From positions 1 to 64,000 of IMG/VR virus record IMGVR_UViG_3300034374_005666: DNA of 64,000 bases; one strand, given 5' to 3'. Numbering within the stretch: position 1 is the first letter of the stretch; every line of letters begins with the position of its first letter. The translations under genes were made by a program, and so were the position numbers. A model generated the notes under the pieces. The model was not told where the DNA came from. It did not search any database and saw only the letters and a list, made by a program, of their open reading frames with translations. Below are positions 32,201-39,768 of this stretch, piece after piece. This stretch comes from a virus.

Positions 32201-33253
32201 GATGGTACTAAGTTCAGTGGTACACCTAATCTGGATAAGTTAACAGTAGATGGTAACTATCCTATAGCAAACTATAATGGTACAGATTATATAGTAACTA
32301 ACAACGGTAATATTTATTCATTAGCTAATGGTAATCGCAGATGGACATCTGATGCTCAAGCGAGTATAGATGCAAGAAATAGTATCTATAGCCAAGTAGG
32401 ATATACTGAAGTACAAGAGCAGTTTAAAAATTTAACTACTATGACTAATCAAATATACTCTAAATTAAATGATAAAACTCAATCTGAAAATGTAGTTATT
32501 GATAAAGTAAATGGTAGAAAACCTGCTATTGAAAAAACATTTAAAAGAGGGGATATTTTTGAGTTTCAACTTGAACAATATCAAATTGAAAGAGTAACTG
32601 ATGCTGGTTTTGATGTTAGAAACATGCAAACAGGAGATATTGATTTTATAACAAAAGAAGACTTTAATTTAGAGAACCAATCTTCCAAACCAATAATAGC
32701 ATATAGAACAAGAGGTAATAATTTTTTAGAGGCATTAGAAAAAGATAATGCTATAGGTAATCCTTGGAATAGTAGAGGTTATGGTTTATATAAAACTGAT
32801 AGTGTAGAGCAAAGTGTTAAGGAATTTATAGCATGGATGATCGGAGAAAAACATACTGACAAACTTCAAGATTATAGACAAGAAATACTTAACAATCTTG
32901 ATAAGATGAAAGGTATTACTATTATGTACTATCAAGAACTTAATCAACCTAGTCATGCTACAGCTTTAGACTATTTGATTAATAAGTACGACTGGATTAT
33001 TCAGCCTGTACAAGAACAATCTACTCAAGAACAAACATGGGATACTCTTGATGTACAAGATATGGGTACAGAGTCTACAGTAGAAATTATAGAAACTGCA
33101 TGGTTGAATTATTCAAAGCGTATTCAAGATGCAAGAAGAGCTGCTAATTTAGAATTAACTACCTTTGAACAGTTTAAAGCTACTGCTGAAAAAATGATAA
33201 AAAATCAAGGAGTAGAGTTCTTTCAAAACAAACTAAAAGAGTGTTACTCATGA
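20225..33253 (+). CDS. giant virion-associated RNA polymerase polyprotein (crAss-like)
   Basis: Catalytic GLDFDIDK (DFDID at 29261-29275), RIPT, ADAQG and DNGKDP motifs; zincin motifs HELVH (23138) and HEAAH (25334). Confidence 0.9.
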   Translation: MSKRRKEEVTPPTFNEVVQQLSKGRIDDTGLNQIQGRPVPQQTEFDLEETGQTWADQSATEVRDQMAANQPNSRAIANSLFQIGTTIAGDTVAGIGYLGELKDIQDIVAGTETEWGNWLTNIGDNIKEWGQDVAPVYASESAMQGFKPWDGEWWATNIPSIGSTFALMLPAAGAAGITSKLLGRAGNAAKIAGRLSSTQKVLPGISAAVTSRHIENMMEGKEVFDTVYNKAIQAGKSDPEARKIAGNAASQSYNTNYINLLTDIPQYLAAGGFFGKLAGGTGKKAIGKELLSSVGQESIEEAMQFVISKEAERTGVLDIEGKDEDGTNFGQRLTGYLQDPQLWTASFFGALGGGMFTAGSRAIEKTVDLMTTDPAERQDKAMMNLVEDAIDKGDFDQLKAAVAEMRKANPEDLGMSPEVYNKNLDKLDQLAKHAESFYSSAPAEFREEATKLGVKAKKLELDKIDTQTQIEAIKANVSDTKAFDAYMNELQLAALSNNTSKQAKEYKAQLEKSLEDVEYNKSDFAAYSSQMRQAAKKMAISSVEAMKTNEELMKYETLEGQQEIAKAKAKQAEAKAKQEYQEALAKAEQATTPEEIENSPITDEDKGRLFSEKLVQDKKNIAQAIRAIPKNSIESREQAESLADSILSETPFLNSQLDSSRRNDLVNKLLQEYGQAKTQKEVQSQQEQTPQKSSRIEEIPEGAQSYYTRRNGQREDVSKRTDANKGAGWYRQNGTRVGDSDYINEATENYFSESKQTKTSSTTGDNINKRVSTIYNNDFVSERNSVVYVGNKFKIQVFKELFKTNYIVSVAVKDSSTSTGFRVRKDMSKEFSTMDQALEYADRVASKDTLTQTSPTQKDDIEKRRREELEYWQAEDRQKKIKEGREITKKVLKNLKKKYPSTTLQGIVIRLLEKIIDFNTFAIINSEGLKLPGGKDATKFGALATGEGMAMRQDRIDALLEGNVDAVKTFIHELVHTFTKEKVGEYQMEKSGLIPGYKAKLTEKEKKALTELERIYNKVKQQFPSSTEYGLTNLDEFLAEAFSNYSFQATLKELKSEGKKTSLFKEWLNAISDLFYESLVKWSKRFNKPIPQKSEIIGILEDIMGWTEDLIGEELLKLEVTTEEINAKYDAELAFLETQVPTQQDIAEGVVDQEATDILNADPVQEIFDNKDKAEAQEEVEEQVENTTEDEPQTIGPYDNPEQGGDLLGTSREAEAEPNVAVFHDIAMAMLLPNGKYKLYGYGKPWLEYTEEQLSDYILPKVEGKSQPLKYKANNNPVPTEWQSKYLNSESNLEMVRAFAESMPDWRDREVFIEINDDTYKDNANEIKMHLIMVRDDTKKVYLGLLRNPANTADSVKLAAIREQIYAEYVAQGKPEMFRSGLTTRLSQVSTGRVWNTNQRNKPADVLGDDLIAGIGITAGETTELVTNGTDIRRGSGRVAPVNNPTAGGVYLAVDSADGGQIWYRAFTKRLDSESYIQENELPVFEEIFGYEQVTYLEAIRRLLGVAQSNPDLWKNRWSDIRNEIRSIVRFNNKGKIQPDFRANFAEFLNEKHEGSIDNYLTSLNTRFNFYGLPLQVDSRKINTGNYNELILNNRVEIDVNPDQHTHSTQFSVDLDSVELGVVEKQDFENDFEGESLDGISLQLGGEPIGTKEQAVAYLESILPNVPVHIIDKTLRIGNQEVFGYFSNAGITLLRNAGLNTAKHEAAHIVFEFGLSEREQRRLLEQAKSSFSLTKDDLDRARLALSKLNSNRTPEQYALIEKIMEEFETYTISGDTSLAGRVKSIFKRLLEYLKMVFTNRISLDGFYYRIDSGLYKNIDLSSVSSNYQPAFKLHGFRSEAERQTRVKSTVSMLDRIIKSIADVDKISIDDAYRKALADLDNVFTGDMLKYGGSIKQRIEKRATKVNKPESFNLYLSAIENADFRQSVLAKMSTRGIKVKFEPEDISTENEDAVENWQKSVFQYSQLKSMSARLRRALSVLPVLKTPTVDVLTKMAKKRPSVIVSNIKELNELDNEVNHIVSSSSIVGRRLTDSGWHRVNIDGTKHYLRDVFVPEYDDLGFIKMHEGSKIYGDLQYKLGDSASPKNMMDRLNNLQDYHYKFLLSKLDSALATELWYYVGQKNQPEFNDIVNVDGTYGIRSSGTDNVLNKILNDSFDYFSNSNYYDNGEVKNADRIKALVDKVRKSESPDAIVELNNMLFGLDNNVLLNMNVNDYLTQMTNAALAIADGNLDFNNRQFKNFFKIVAEKYPVSFQSSHINIEGEKIFEWINSSFLGKMVAKLKSGEFNWDFYRNDPMYSRLMDKGVIDPRVWAKARWSIIGGVKHNKKGAGVTYNNFSDKDSAIALYTMVKEGWYNTSILSDAPVMTAINLGKKSTTEAVNDLFELAIAEDIRNKNIDKHKSKFGRYAAEFSFFEGDEMPTKSDIQRQIKEEADKLERKFMELGLIEDGKMVIDGSTIDTSIMQNLVANYILNEAQIILMTQGDPAFYKGSADFFKRAKEVWSPGNYMDTTASYEAPDGTVTTYPSNGKYNVGILKDIEMPSPQLEEMRKALAGRDQDTIDRITAAYGYSNDKDEKGKPIVRLSDGSVVPTKNPNLADAQGIIDILTYKMRLLGENRWSHAKEFAYRLITQGISPRSKNLQTEIDAFTTDQQIRDEIKKELGSIVFQPIKPFYFAHHLLNNVLVYPVQNKDSEYLLTPMFAQGNPELESVLTKMGYTKTDTGWVLDVEGRMNGRYVDKFVFESGIKIPLGDQISTLEDIDDTKYVQFNWSDYRRQMETPANYVDTDKNFGTQIMKLIFADVETEDLLEAKREYNRLIQEDIRRSLSELKNRLYKEGELDTQAVVNILREEVLERGLSDQYIEALEENTLDAIEGVNTKLPLYHPLHSYRIEAIINSLYKNRVTKQKFLQGVALYNVSSYGLSKKPKIVYENGRIKHIQAYAPVYTKALEKYRLEDGTIDIDTIREQAPEMLEGLVYRIPTEDKYSMFHIEIIGFTDDASGGGIILPPEVTTIAGLDFDIDKVYGFFNAVDNPYDKAIASIERRIQSEFDKTDITSLTDEDWNNVFDKLYEDRAEFEAEVRQVIADDIAGKGKYEKLKRRQKQWQAKADSDNRKLELMRQVLSHKSMIENILTPGGFEQIRSVSDVVKKAQGISDDLSINKMTDIISVIRRMNTGNALIGIAANYNVARALWQGHDISLDSGFMFDGQMYTDLSSVTRNGIRPGRSIAESLAAAADNGKDPLAEFINLNTYTADLALTMLATGMSIETVALFMSQPIVKQYANYYFNNDQEEAGLPTMSEVDEEFQPHPLTTEELEKGLDEMDINAPYDPDAIVPELQLKVIENFVHYMQIAKPVSMLVGRTKIPDSGTGPTQADNVDSIVKYDEAKIPDPDLNSIAMINGATDYLRANTFMNTFYESTFPEVQEVFKSLGFPKLTRGSSFYRVMDKLKNISGDFLSANEINRLLTHFLDYLSYGFETYNPSNLVNLNETVKDQLFKYKKYLKDNNLKNDFIDRLSFKDGAIQFNGIIGVESTEETYLRNLWYEMLSNNESVDGFTVADLANNLIKYSFFRTGFRLAGKKGFSHLHPVGYYATLVDSNGQSFNQYITKQIQSNNGNDPAHDVFVEQYIRNNYRNLSYVPFVEVEQGQEPLYDPGHKQYIKTNKGLYKVNHVERTVKFIPDLGQYYQAPLDPMDIVMGAKPKEPVELFKEYYPRIPAPTSVFNKKAVPIEKVKPEIKPIIPVAQQSQPVQETTTVKPTQQPVTQSTPVQSTVKEGVSEVFNQTPKLSSIGTQEQYSQYLDTIFPDSKVKDIVYHGYKLIKDDLKIEKFDKSKAPKGFYFTTDKDYAKSFTEKYTNVKESGIISAVLNLTNPKKQKDLFRTNPKIATIENKDGFIGNDMGFEKENVFVVFEPEQVHILGSKKDIEGFKEFVNQTPVQSSSEGQQTIQKPVQTTSVSKKTGMFNPSDKTLKPGAVVTYNNKKYILWNINNANKAQLIQTDGTKFSGTPNLDKLTVDGNYPIANYNGTDYIVTNNGNIYSLANGNRRWTSDAQASIDARNSIYSQVGYTEVQEQFKNLTTMTNQIYSKLNDKTQSENVVIDKVNGRKPAIEKTFKRGDIFEFQLEQYQIERVTDAGFDVRNMQTGDIDFITKEDFNLENQSSKPIIAYRTRGNNFLEALEKDNAIGNPWNSRGYGLYKTDSVEQSVKEFIAWMIGEKHTDKLQDYRQEILNNLDKMKGITIMYYQELNQPSHATALDYLINKYDWIIQPVQEQSTQEQTWDTLDVQDMGTESTVEIIETAWLNYSKRIQDARRAANLELTTFEQFKATAEKMIKNQGVEFFQNKLKECYS

Positions 33254-36200
33254 GTTGCATAAATATATCTAGTCAGGAATTTAAAAGTCTGTTAGCTCAA
33301 ACAGGTAAAGATAGTTTTGAGTTAGAAATGGATATTGCTTTTATTCAAGATGCTAGAGGTGATGATTATATTCCAGACTTGGATAATATGAAAGCACCTA
33401 ATGGTGAACCAAGTAAGTTGTTTACTGATCTTGTAGAACAGAATAATGGTGATAAAACAAAAGCATTTGATACTTATGTTCGAGTACATGGTAAAATGTT
33501 TAGAGACTGGTTCGGTGATTGGATAAACAAACCTGAATCTGCTAGTAAGGTAGTAGACCAGAACGGAGAGCCTCTTATTGTATATCATGGAAGTGAATAC
33601 TACGGATTTGAATCTTTTGAAAAAGAAGAACTTGGTAAAAAAACAGGAGCACAATCTGCTAAAAAAGGATTCTTTTTTGCCTCTAATATAGAAGCAAGTA
33701 GAAAATATATTTCTGCTCAATTTGAAGATTTATATAAGAAGTTTTTTGACCAATTAAATTCTATTGTATATTCAGATGATGATTACGCAATGGAAAAAAT
33801 AGAAAACATTATAGAAATAGAAGAGTATAAAAAACTCAAAAAAAGAAAGTATAATGATGCTTTTAAAGCTGTAATGTTGGACGATTTGCATAAAAGTAAA
33901 AAAATATCAGAGTTAGAATATAGAAAAGAAATTGACAAACTTGAAGCTCCTTACAGAAAAGAAAATAATCTTAAAAAACTAAACAGCTTTACCGTAATAA
34001 ACAAATACAAAGATTTTATTCTTAGCGTGTTTCCAACTGATGAATACGGAATTCATTATGATAGAATATCAGGTACTCGCTTAGTTAATATGACTCCAAA
34101 TGAAATCATTAAAAGTTTTAAAAATAAAATGGAGTCTGACAGTATGTATAAAGAAGTTTTAGAGGAATTAAATAAAGATATAAAGACAGAACAAAAAGCT
34201 GTAGATCAACTGATCTATCCATTATTTTTAAATATTAAAAATCCTTTAACAAAAGATTTTGAATTTAAAAGTAGAAAAAAAATAGGTACTTACGCTGATT
34301 TGTTAAAAAGTGCTAAAGACGAAAATAAAGACGGAGCTGTCTTTAAAAATACATTTGATCCTGAAGCAACAGATGTATTTATTGCTTTTGAACCAGAACA
34401 AATAAAGTCTATAAATAATACAGGAGAATTTGATCAAACAGAGTCAAACATTTACTATGATTTAGACGCAGATGGTACAATGGCAGATACAAAGTTTGAT
34501 GCAAAACTTGAAGGTTTGTTGAATGCGTCAGGTATTACTGTAAGTAAGCAGAAAGTATATGCAGAAGGATATGAGAAACGTAATGGAGAGCCATTGTCTG
34601 TAGCTGCAAAAGCTGACTTGACTAATAGTTTGATTCAGGTAGATTATGAGAAGGCTGGAAATTTGACTTTGGCTGAAGAAGCTATGCACTTTATAGTAGC
34701 TGCTAATGAAGGAGAGTATAACTTCAATAGAGCTATGCGTTTAGTAGATAGAACTGAGGAGTGGAATAAGTATGCAGATAGTTATAGAGAGCTATATGGT
34801 AAAGATGATCGCAAGATCAGGATGGAAATACTTGGGAAAGTAGGAGCACGTATTCTTAAAGAACGTATAAATAGCCCTTTAGTTCGATATATCAAGCGTA
34901 TGTTTGATAAAGTCAAATCTATGCTGGGCAGTAAGAGTGCTGAACTTAGAGTACTACTTGATAAATACGCAAGTACATTTGTAGAGTCAGGTATTGATAC
35001 ATCTGGTCTTGAAGGTGTATTCTATGATGCTGATACAACGTATGTTAATAAAATACGTAAGTTGCAAGAGAAGTTGGTCAAAGGTCTTAAGTCTAAGTTG
35101 ACATTTGCTCAACGCAGAGACTATGACTACACACGTCTTCAAGATGCATACGATGAAATCAGAGAAGCTGAATATACAGAAGGTATGTTGAAATTTATAA
35201 GCTATATGGATGAAGATACCAATGGTATGTATGGTTATATGAAAAGAGTTGAAGCTGGTAAAGAAACACATAATTATAAAAAGAATATAGAGTTACATGA
35301 TGCAATTAAGTTCTATGAAGAATCTGTAACTAATATCAATTACTTCTTAAACAATGAATTTAGTAAGAATGAAAACTATAGTAAAGCAGATAGAAAGAAG
35401 CTCAAATCTGTAACTAAAAAAATTATCAACAGGCTTAATGCACTTGAAGCTTTCTACAGAATACAATCTAAAGAACTTACCAGAGCATTTTCAATAGCTC
35501 AGGTTAAAGACGCAGTAGGTGATACTGATTTGGCTCAGAAAGAGATTGATTTAATTAATAAAACAATCAATGAGACAGATCAGGATTTGAATAGAGCTAT
35601 GTATTGGGCAGGTAGCTTAGTACATGCTTCAGATCCTATTGTACGTTCTATACATTATAGTGTAGTTAAATCTGATACAGAAGTAGAAAACTTTAGTTAC
35701 AAACTAGGTAGAGAAATATTTGATAAGTCTGAAGAGCTTGGTGTCAAAGACATGCGTCCCTTAATGGAGAAGCAAGATGGTAAAGACACAGGCTATGCTA
35801 TAGATAAAGTTAGACATGGTGCATGGGTAAAAGCAAGGACTGAAAAGATTAAGAGTCTGAATAAAGACTATGGCTTGCCTACAGGAGATAGCTTTTCAGA
35901 TAGAGAATTGACCAGACAGATTAAGCATGAGTGGGCTTTAGCTGAAAAAGATGTAGAGAAAGCATTATCAGAGGGTAAAAAGTTAAGTGAGCTGGACTCT
36001 GATATTGTAGACATGTATAAGAAGAGAAAAGCTTACAATAAAGCATTGTATGAATGGTTTACAAGAAATACAAAAACTGTAGATAATGTAGAAGCTATTA
36101 TTGCCGAGAAGAAAAAGGTATTGACGGAAGAGAAATTCAAGCAATGGTATAGAAGCAATACTATAGAGCTTGATAATGGAGGTATAGGATATAGAAATGA

Positions 36201-38154
36201 ATTAGTTGAGCCTAGTACAGGGCAAATGTCTGACAGACGTATAGGTAAGTATTATGTACGTACTACAGATTGGACTAATCCAGACTTTAGTAATCTGTCT
36301 GAAGCTCAGATAGAAATGAGAGATTTCTTATTGAATAAGCTGGAAGAAGCAGATACTAAGCATACTAAATATAGACATAAGTTTAAGCTCCCACAGGTTA
36401 GGGCTACTATGGTAAATACTCTAAAGGATAAGAAGTTTAGAAATATTAAAGAACAACTTGCTGAAGAGTTTAGAATAGCTGAAGATGATACAGAGTATGG
36501 AGAAACTTTGACTTATGCAGATGGTACAAAAGCTCAGTTTGTACCTATATATTATGTACATGATCTTGAAAATAGTGACTTGATTAGTTCAGACTTACTT
36601 ACTACTGTTACTATGTATGGTAGAATGGCAGAGAACTTTAAGCAAAAAGCCAGTCTGGAACCTATGCACAGAACAGTACTTGAGCAACTAGGTAATCGTA
36701 AAGTAAAAGATCAGGCAGGTTTTCAGTCAGAAGCATACAGAGCTGCACAGAAGTTTATTGACATGAACACTTATGGTATGCGTAAGAACCAATTAATTGT
36801 AGGTGGAGTCAATCTGACAAAGACCTTTGATAAGATTAAACAATATGTAACTGCTAACAACCTGGTTGGTAACTTGTTCACTACTGTAGCTGGATATATG
36901 ACATCCAGTGTATACAGTAAGATAGAAGATTTGATTGGTCAGTACAGCAATCAGAAAGCTAAGAATAAAGCAGAAATAACATTTGATAAGAATATCCATC
37001 GTATGATGCTTGAGCTTAATAAGCCTAACAAAACTTCTAAGCTTGGATTATTCTTTGATGAACATGCAATTACCAGAGACAGTCAAGCTATATTCAAAAA
37101 CTTGGATATGTCCAGATTGAGTAGAGCTGCACTAAACTCAGGTATGTATTTTCAATATGAGCTGGTTAAGATCAGAGTCAGAGGTAAGCTTGCTCTTGCA
37201 TTTGCACATGATCTTAAATACGATACTTCCGAACAGAAATTTTTTACAACGAATGAACTCAAGAAAAAAGGTAAGTCAGATGCTGAGATAGACTCTATGA
37301 AAGACTATTGGCAAATGCATGATGTAGTTAATGGCAAACTTGTACCCAGACATAATGACCCAGGTATTCAAAATAGACTAACTAGAATGATAGAATATAT
37401 TGGTAACAATATAGAAGGTGAACTTAGTTCATCAGACTATGCAGCAGCTCACCAAGATGCTATTCTACAGCTTGTAATGACACATAGAGGATGGTTAGTC
37501 AGAAACATTCAGCTTAGGTTTAAGCCAAAAGGAGTTAACTATGTAACTGGACAAGAAGAATATGGTTATTACTCAGCTTTCTTTGATTTTGCAAGAACTG
37601 TATTTGCAGATAAAACTAAGCTTGCACAGCTTCAACATTATATCAATAAATGGAATGAGCTGGATAATACAGAAAGATATGCAGTTAAAAAGACACTATG
37701 GGAACTTGCATTTGTTAATGCTATAGCTACTATTGCTTTTATACTCAATGGTCTTGCTGATGATGATGAAGATAATTGGCTCAAGCAATATCTGGCATAT
37801 CAGAGCAATAGAGTACTTCTTGAAGTATCTGCACTTAATCCATTCCCTGCTGTAGCTGTTGGCCCTGAAGGAGTTAGAGTAAGACCACCTGTAGTAGGTG
37901 CTGTTAATGAGATTGTAGAAATACTCAATAGCCCTATTGCAGCTACAAGACAGCTTCAAGATCTGCAAGATATTATGTACCTGTTTAGTTCTGAAGAGAT
38001 TGAACGTGGGCCTTACGAAGGTATGACTAAAGATGAAAGAGCAATTATTAAACTAGGTATTGGTAGTAAAGGATATTATCAGGCTAGGTCTGCTGAAAGT
38101 ATTAGATCAGTTAATCAGTTTATTAAGAACAAAGCACTTGAATGGCAAGAGTAA
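33250..38154 (+). CDS. large putative ejected polyvalent protein with N-terminal ART-PolyVal-like domain
   Basis: FRDWFGDW...KVVDQNGEPLIVYHGS...FEPEQIKS; degenerate zincin EEAMH; helical C-terminus; ATG at 33250 in an ATGA overlap. Confidence 0.7.
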   Translation: MSCINISSQEFKSLLAQTGKDSFELEMDIAFIQDARGDDYIPDLDNMKAPNGEPSKLFTDLVEQNNGDKTKAFDTYVRVHGKMFRDWFGDWINKPESASKVVDQNGEPLIVYHGSEYYGFESFEKEELGKKTGAQSAKKGFFFASNIEASRKYISAQFEDLYKKFFDQLNSIVYSDDDYAMEKIENIIEIEEYKKLKKRKYNDAFKAVMLDDLHKSKKISELEYRKEIDKLEAPYRKENNLKKLNSFTVINKYKDFILSVFPTDEYGIHYDRISGTRLVNMTPNEIIKSFKNKMESDSMYKEVLEELNKDIKTEQKAVDQLIYPLFLNIKNPLTKDFEFKSRKKIGTYADLLKSAKDENKDGAVFKNTFDPEATDVFIAFEPEQIKSINNTGEFDQTESNIYYDLDADGTMADTKFDAKLEGLLNASGITVSKQKVYAEGYEKRNGEPLSVAAKADLTNSLIQVDYEKAGNLTLAEEAMHFIVAANEGEYNFNRAMRLVDRTEEWNKYADSYRELYGKDDRKIRMEILGKVGARILKERINSPLVRYIKRMFDKVKSMLGSKSAELRVLLDKYASTFVESGIDTSGLEGVFYDADTTYVNKIRKLQEKLVKGLKSKLTFAQRRDYDYTRLQDAYDEIREAEYTEGMLKFISYMDEDTNGMYGYMKRVEAGKETHNYKKNIELHDAIKFYEESVTNINYFLNNEFSKNENYSKADRKKLKSVTKKIINRLNALEAFYRIQSKELTRAFSIAQVKDAVGDTDLAQKEIDLINKTINETDQDLNRAMYWAGSLVHASDPIVRSIHYSVVKSDTEVENFSYKLGREIFDKSEELGVKDMRPLMEKQDGKDTGYAIDKVRHGAWVKARTEKIKSLNKDYGLPTGDSFSDRELTRQIKHEWALAEKDVEKALSEGKKLSELDSDIVDMYKKRKAYNKALYEWFTRNTKTVDNVEAIIAEKKKVLTEEKFKQWYRSNTIELDNGGIGYRNELVEPSTGQMSDRRIGKYYVRTTDWTNPDFSNLSEAQIEMRDFLLNKLEEADTKHTKYRHKFKLPQVRATMVNTLKDKKFRNIKEQLAEEFRIAEDDTEYGETLTYADGTKAQFVPIYYVHDLENSDLISSDLLTTVTMYGRMAENFKQKASLEPMHRTVLEQLGNRKVKDQAGFQSEAYRAAQKFIDMNTYGMRKNQLIVGGVNLTKTFDKIKQYVTANNLVGNLFTTVAGYMTSSVYSKIEDLIGQYSNQKAKNKAEITFDKNIHRMMLELNKPNKTSKLGLFFDEHAITRDSQAIFKNLDMSRLSRAALNSGMYFQYELVKIRVRGKLALAFAHDLKYDTSEQKFFTTNELKKKGKSDAEIDSMKDYWQMHDVVNGKLVPRHNDPGIQNRLTRMIEYIGNNIEGELSSSDYAAAHQDAILQLVMTHRGWLVRNIQLRFKPKGVNYVTGQEEYGYYSAFFDFARTVFADKTKLAQLQHYINKWNELDNTERYAVKKTLWELAFVNAIATIAFILNGLADDDEDNWLKQYLAYQSNRVLLEVSALNPFPAVAVGPEGVRVRPPVVGAVNEIVEILNSPIAATRQLQDLQDIMYLFSSEEIERGPYEGMTKDERAIIKLGIGSKGYYQARSAESIRSVNQFIKNKALEWQE

Positions 38155-38177
38155 AGGAGAGAACCAATGTCTCTCCT
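38155..38177. terminator. hairpin between convergent transcription units
   Basis: AGGAGAGA-ACCAATG-TCTCTCCT at the strand switch. Confidence 0.6.
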
Positions 38178-38183
38178 CTATTA

Positions 38184-38375
38184 TTAAAGTACATTATTAA
38201 TAGCTGAATCTATTAGTCTGGCTGCAATGTAGATTATCTTTTTAAACAATCTGTACATAGGTTGTCCTATAATTATGCAGCCAACTAATAGATAAGGGCT
38301 AAATTCAAATGCAGTAAATAGCAGGAATAATCCAAATAAGATACTAATAGCTGCTATTACTCTGACTATGTTCAT
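38184..38375 (-). CDS. small membrane protein
   Basis: 63 aa with two hydrophobic segments. Confidence 0.5.
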   Translation of the reverse strand: MNIVRVIAAISILFGLFLLFTAFEFSPYLLVGCIIIGQPMYRLFKKIIYIAARLIDSAINNVL

Positions 38376-38712
38376 AAAATATCTCTCTGATTTTAATTGT
38401 TGTACTGTCTAGAATAAAATCTACTGTCTCTATACCAATAGGGTTATACTCTACAATAAACTGATTACCATAGTCTGTCACATATCTAACTTTAGTATAA
38501 AACTCTGACATATCCAGTGTATCTACACTAGCTATAGGCTGAATGTACAATACATTTTTATCTACAACTACAATTTTGGATTGTGTAATATGCACATCCA
38601 TAGATTTATACTGTATATCTCCACCCCAATCTACATAGTTACCGTGTAGACTTTGTACTTGAGCACTAGCTACTGTAGACAGTAGCGTAAAAACAAATAG
38701 TAAATATTTCAT
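38344..38712 (-). CDS. secreted protein with Bacteroidetes-type signal peptide
   Basis: MKYLLFVFTLLSTVASA|Q; Gln at +1 is typical of Bacteroidetes SPase I substrates. Confidence 0.6.
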   Translation of the reverse strand: MKYLLFVFTLLSTVASAQVQSLHGNYVDWGGDIQYKSMDVHITQSKIVVVDKNVLYIQPIASVDTLDMSEFYTKVRYVTDYGNQFIVEYNPIGIETVDFILDSTTIKIREIFYEHSQSNSSY

Positions 38713-38772
38713 ATTTAATAGTTTACATTTTTATCATAGAGAACGTATAGTATTCCTATAATTAAAATTATT

Positions 38773-38940
38773 TTAATTATCATTCATTTTCTTGTTTACT
38801 CTTTCGAGAAAATCTTTCTTGTACTCTTCAGGGTCAATACCTTTAGCTCTCATATCGTAATTAAAAGTATCTTTTACCCATTTATTTGGTACATGAAAAG
38901 GCCAGCGTCTGCTTAGCCAACGTTTAATCCATTTAATCAT
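38773..38940 (-). CDS. small hypothetical protein (55 aa, not in ORF track)
   Basis: Manual translation MIKWIKRWLSRRWPFHVPNKW...KKMNDN*. Confidence 0.5.
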   Translation of the reverse strand: MIKWIKRWLSRRWPFHVPNKWVKDTFNYDMRAKGIDPEEYKKDFLERVNKKMNDN

Positions 38941-39078
38941 TGTTGTTTCAACTTTAACTCAAATTCACAATCTTCATAGCTACCTATAAAATGGTTAGTA
39001 CCATACTGTAATCTATTTATAGCATTGTATGGCACTATCTTCCACCCACTCAAGGTAGTAAGTACAAGCATATAATCT

Positions 39079-39279
39079 CTAGCCATCATTGTTTAATGCT
39101 TTACCAATAGCAATTAACATAATACCTGTAGGAATAAAAGCCGTACAAATTATAAAATCCATAGTTGTATAACAATAATTCCAACCTACTACAGCTAGTG
39201 CAAACATACCTATTCCAGATACTATTGTTAAGTTATTTAGCAATCTTTCTTTTCTGTTTAATTGTCCCATAGGAATCAT
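39079..39279 (-). CDS. small two-TM membrane protein
   Basis: 66 aa with two hydrophobic helices. Confidence 0.5.
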   Translation of the reverse strand: MIPMGQLNRKERLLNNLTIVSGIGMFALAVVGWNYCYTTMDFIICTAFIPTGIMLIAIGKALNNDG

Positions 39280-39391
39280 TTGTTGGTCTGATAGGACGCT
39301 CTTGACGCTGTCCTTGAATGTGTTTAATACAATAGACTTTATCAGGTAAAGCTACTTTAGTGCAGTTTTTAACCCTGCAGATTTCTTTCAT
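39233..39391 (-). CDS. small putative zinc-finger protein (52 aa, not in ORF track)
   Basis: MKEICRVKNCTKVALPDKVYCIKH..., pattern C-x4-C-x10-C-x2-H. Confidence 0.45.
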   Translation of the reverse strand: MKEICRVKNCTKVALPDKVYCIKHIQGQRQERPIRPTNDSYGTIKQKRKIAK

Positions 39392-39591
39392 AGTAAATTT
39401 TGAAATGTTATTGTGGATTTTTTTACCCCATGATAAAGTAAAATGATAGCTACAAAATAAGCAAATAATTCTCTACATTCATCTAAAATACAGATGACAG
39501 CTAGTAAAAAATATACTAGCATAGACATAAATTCCCACCAATCTATCTTTTTCATATTCCTAATTGTTTAATAATTAATTAAAAAAGCTGT

Positions 39592-39768
39592 TCATTGTAG
39601 TTTTGAAATATATAGTTTTTTCTTATACCATATTTTACTTGATGCTGCTAATAAGGTTCTTAATGTTAAGTAGCTTATATCCTCTCCTTCAGCAGCCTCT
39701 CTAATACTTTCATATATAGTAAAGCTGCCATCAGGATATTGTACTTTAATCTTAATCTTAGCTGGCAT
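39592..39768 (-). CDS. small NUMOD1-like DNA-binding protein (58 aa, not in ORF track)
   Basis: ...DGSFTIYESIREAA... matches the NUMOD1/IENR1 pattern. Confidence 0.45.
   Translation of the reverse strand: MPAKIKIKVQYPDGSFTIYESIREAAEGEDISYLTLRTLLAASSKIWYKKKLYISKLQ

Noticed and set aside
20225-33253. Intein or intron in the vRNAP
   Set aside because: No intein splice-junction or LAGLIDADG motifs were recognised and the frame is continuous. The inserts look like effector domains.
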